From positions 39,370,001 through 39,434,000 of the forward strand of contig OZ024757.1 of assembly GCA_964016885.1 (NCBI GenBank): a stretch of DNA of 64,000 bases. The letters run 5' to 3'. The position numbers were made by a program, and so were the translations under genes. Each line of letters begins with the position of its first letter. The first letter of the stretch is position 1. Origin of the DNA: Eledone cirrhosa (Eukaryota). The notes beneath the pieces were generated by a model. It ran no database searches. It had not been told where the DNA came from and worked only from the letters and a program-made list of their open reading frames with translations. Shown here one piece after another: positions 55,632 through 64,000 of the stretch.

Positions 55632-56506
55632 GAGTGTGCTTATGCGAGTGACTGTAAATCTGCTTGTATGTTCACATATTATATATAATTATGTTCTCAT
55701 TCGTATATTTTTTATTAACATTCGTTTCTAGTTTTGTTTTTATAACATTACTATGTTTCCATCTCATGATTCGACTTTTTTTCAGGTAGTATAATTCCAA
55801 ACGAAAACCAACAGAATTTAATTTAAAAAACCCACTAAATACAGATTAAAAAGCAAAGAATGACATGCAAACTATATACAATATATATATATATATAATA
55901 TATATATATAATATATATATAATATATATATATATATTATTGTAACATCAACAATCATTCTGGGAGTGAATCCTACTGGATAAGCAAAAAATAACAGCAA
56001 CAACAACAACAACAACAAAATCAACACAAGAGAACGATGTTCTAATTAGCAAAAATATATTTACAGAAAAAATGAAATAAATCTACAAAAAAATAATAAT
56101 AAATAAATAATAAGAAGCGATGATGTGTGCTGAATTCCGTATGACCCGGTACCTTCCGAAGCTGTATCTGGGATGCTATTTGTGGATTGGAATGAAGGAA
56201 TGAAGGAAAGAAAACAAACAATTGTTGACAATATCATTGTTTTGTTATATATATATATTTGTTGATATTTCATTTTTTTTTTACTTCATTTTTTTTTAAA
56301 GATTTGAAACAAAACTCAAATAAGGTTGGTTCTGTTTACCAATTCTTTCGTGTGATCACATATAAAGATCGAAAAATCAAGAAAATGATAAGAATGAAGA
56401 TCATGTGAAACACAAAAAACAAAATAATGAAAATAAACACACAAGCAAACAGTGATTCTTATATTTAAAAAAAACTGCCATTATTTAATTGTGATTTAAA
56501 TTCTTG

Positions 56507-56557
<51 letters not shown>

Positions 56558-56945
56558 CACACAGTGAATAGTTTAAGAAGATCGACACGACATTAGAAAA
56601 AATAAAACGACGAGAAAATATATCTAAAAAAAATGATAAACCAGAAGAATAAGGAGATAAAATCTATCTAAACGATTTCAAATCGAGAAAAAGGAAAGAG
56701 AGCCCAAATATGCAGTAGTAGAAGACACAAAATACAAACATTGGACGGGAAAACAAAGAGATCAACATTTATTAAGTGAAAGCAACAAGACACACAAACC
56801 TGTACAGAGAAGATTCTTATGATATGTGAATATATATATTCATGAAAATGGTAAATGCTAGTGGACAGAAAGGCTGGACTGGAGGCCAACATCAGCAGAA
56901 GAAACCAAATGGGAACATAAATAGCACACACACAGCTCCTAAGCT

Positions 56946-62870
<5,925 letters not shown>

Positions 62871-63269
62871 TAATGTATAAATTCTAAGACTTCCGTATAT
62901 CTCACACACAAGATGTCGTCCCTTTAATTATATGTTGCAGCGTAATTGTTGATTTTACATGTATTGAGTTGCAGGCCTTAATATGTTGCATGAGAGCATC
63001 TGATAATTCAATATACCAAGTGTATTGTCTGCAGTACTCTTGAGTATAGATATTTTCTACACCCACAGGAATAGTAGGAACACCTTTCTAGGAATCTCAG
63101 CTTGCACTCAACATTTTACTTCAGGTTCAACATTTGTCTTGACAATTTGGGGACTTTCTCTCTTGTTCACGGAACGTAAGGAAGTTCCATGTGTTTAAAA
63201 ATAATATTTTTAAATTCACAGTGACTCTTATGAAATTAATGGGTATCGCGGATATCTTTGTCTTCTACC

Positions 63270-63660
63270 CTTTGGTCTTGTGCTCAAATAAGAAACCATT
63301 ATTGGATTAGCAGTATCACTAGGGGGTCGGACGCCATGCTATGCAGCATATCCTTACGGCCCTTTATGATCTGAGTTCAAATCCCACCGAGGATAATTTG
63401 CCTTTCATCCTTACGAGGGTCGATAAAATAAAGTACCAGTCACGCACTGGGGTCGATTTAATCGACTTACCCCTCCCCCAAAATTGCTGGCCTTGTGCCT
63501 AAATAGAAACCATTATTATTGGCAGCAGTATTGATAGAGGGTCGGACGCCATGCTTTGCAGCAAAGAGTTACGTCCCTTTATAGTCTGAGTTCAAATCCC
63601 GCTGAGGTTAACTTTGCCTTTCATTTTTCGGGCTCAATAAAATAAAGCACCAGTAATGTG
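63270..63660 (+). mobile_element. Head-to-tail tandem of tRNA-SINE units (tail + full unit ~63303-63517 + partial unit)
   Basis: Repeated cagtat..agggggtcggacgccatgct..ctgagttcaaatccc..tttgcctttcat..aaaataaag.accagt, with tail ccttgtgcctaaatagaaaccattatt. Confidence 0.85.
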
Positions 63661-63666
63661 AGAATT

Positions 63667-63720
63667 ATTGTCCTTGAGCAAGACACTTTATTTCAAGTCG
63701 ATCCCTCTGCCTGGATTTGC
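63667..63720 (+). mobile_element. CORE-like SINE fragment
   Basis: tgtccttgagcaagacacttta resembles the CORE consensus tgtgaccttgggcaagtcactta. Confidence 0.45.
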
Positions 63721-63816
63721 GACCGGTAGATAGTATTAGCAATTGGAAATACCAATGGAAACATTGTTTCCTCGGCTGGATTTGATGAGATCTGGGATCT
63801 TGTCAATCGACTGTCG

Positions 63817-63888
<72 letters not shown>

Positions 63889-63954
63889 CCCAAGGCTCTG
63901 ATACCATCAACACTATAAACACAGAGCTGGCATATCTAAGAACTGACTAACTGC

Positions 63955-64000
63955 CTGATGAGGTCATAGCCATTCAATGGCTATCATCGAAATATATATA
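63955..64000 (+). ncRNA. Hammerhead ribozyme core, cut by the window edge
   Basis: CTGATGA at 63955-61; stem II ggt.atagccat-tca-atggctat.atc; GAAA at 63989-92, then TATATATA. Confidence 0.65.

Overview
Eukaryotic, extremely AT- and microsatellite-rich DNA. The SINE families and (TA)n density resemble octopus/coleoid cephalopod genomes; this is an inference. Positions 1-32704 are one satellite array built from phased A/T-tract units (41-bp ancestral monomer). It has a 200-N gap, two strand inversions (~8217 and ~32101), kb-scale higher-order repeats and a divergence gradient toward its right edge. The right half carries the last three coding exons (+) of a kainate-type ionotropic glutamate receptor (33987-34212, 40395-40666, 47842-48141). 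The introns and downstream DNA contain a decayed R4/Dong-like RT+RLE retrotransposon sitting in a (CATA)n repeat, a Helitron-like element nested in a hAT-like MITE, mariner-type MITEs, tRNA-SINEs and an L1/Tx1-like fragment. The most notable signal is a set of short inserts embedded in (TA)n runs that form long near-perfect palindromes and carry hammerhead-ribozyme cores (CUGAnGA...GAAA). This is consistent with Penelope-like/retrozyme termini. One complete-looking sense-strand hammerhead lies ~230 nt upstream of the receptor's last exon. Almost all ORFs in the supplied track are microsatellite artefacts.
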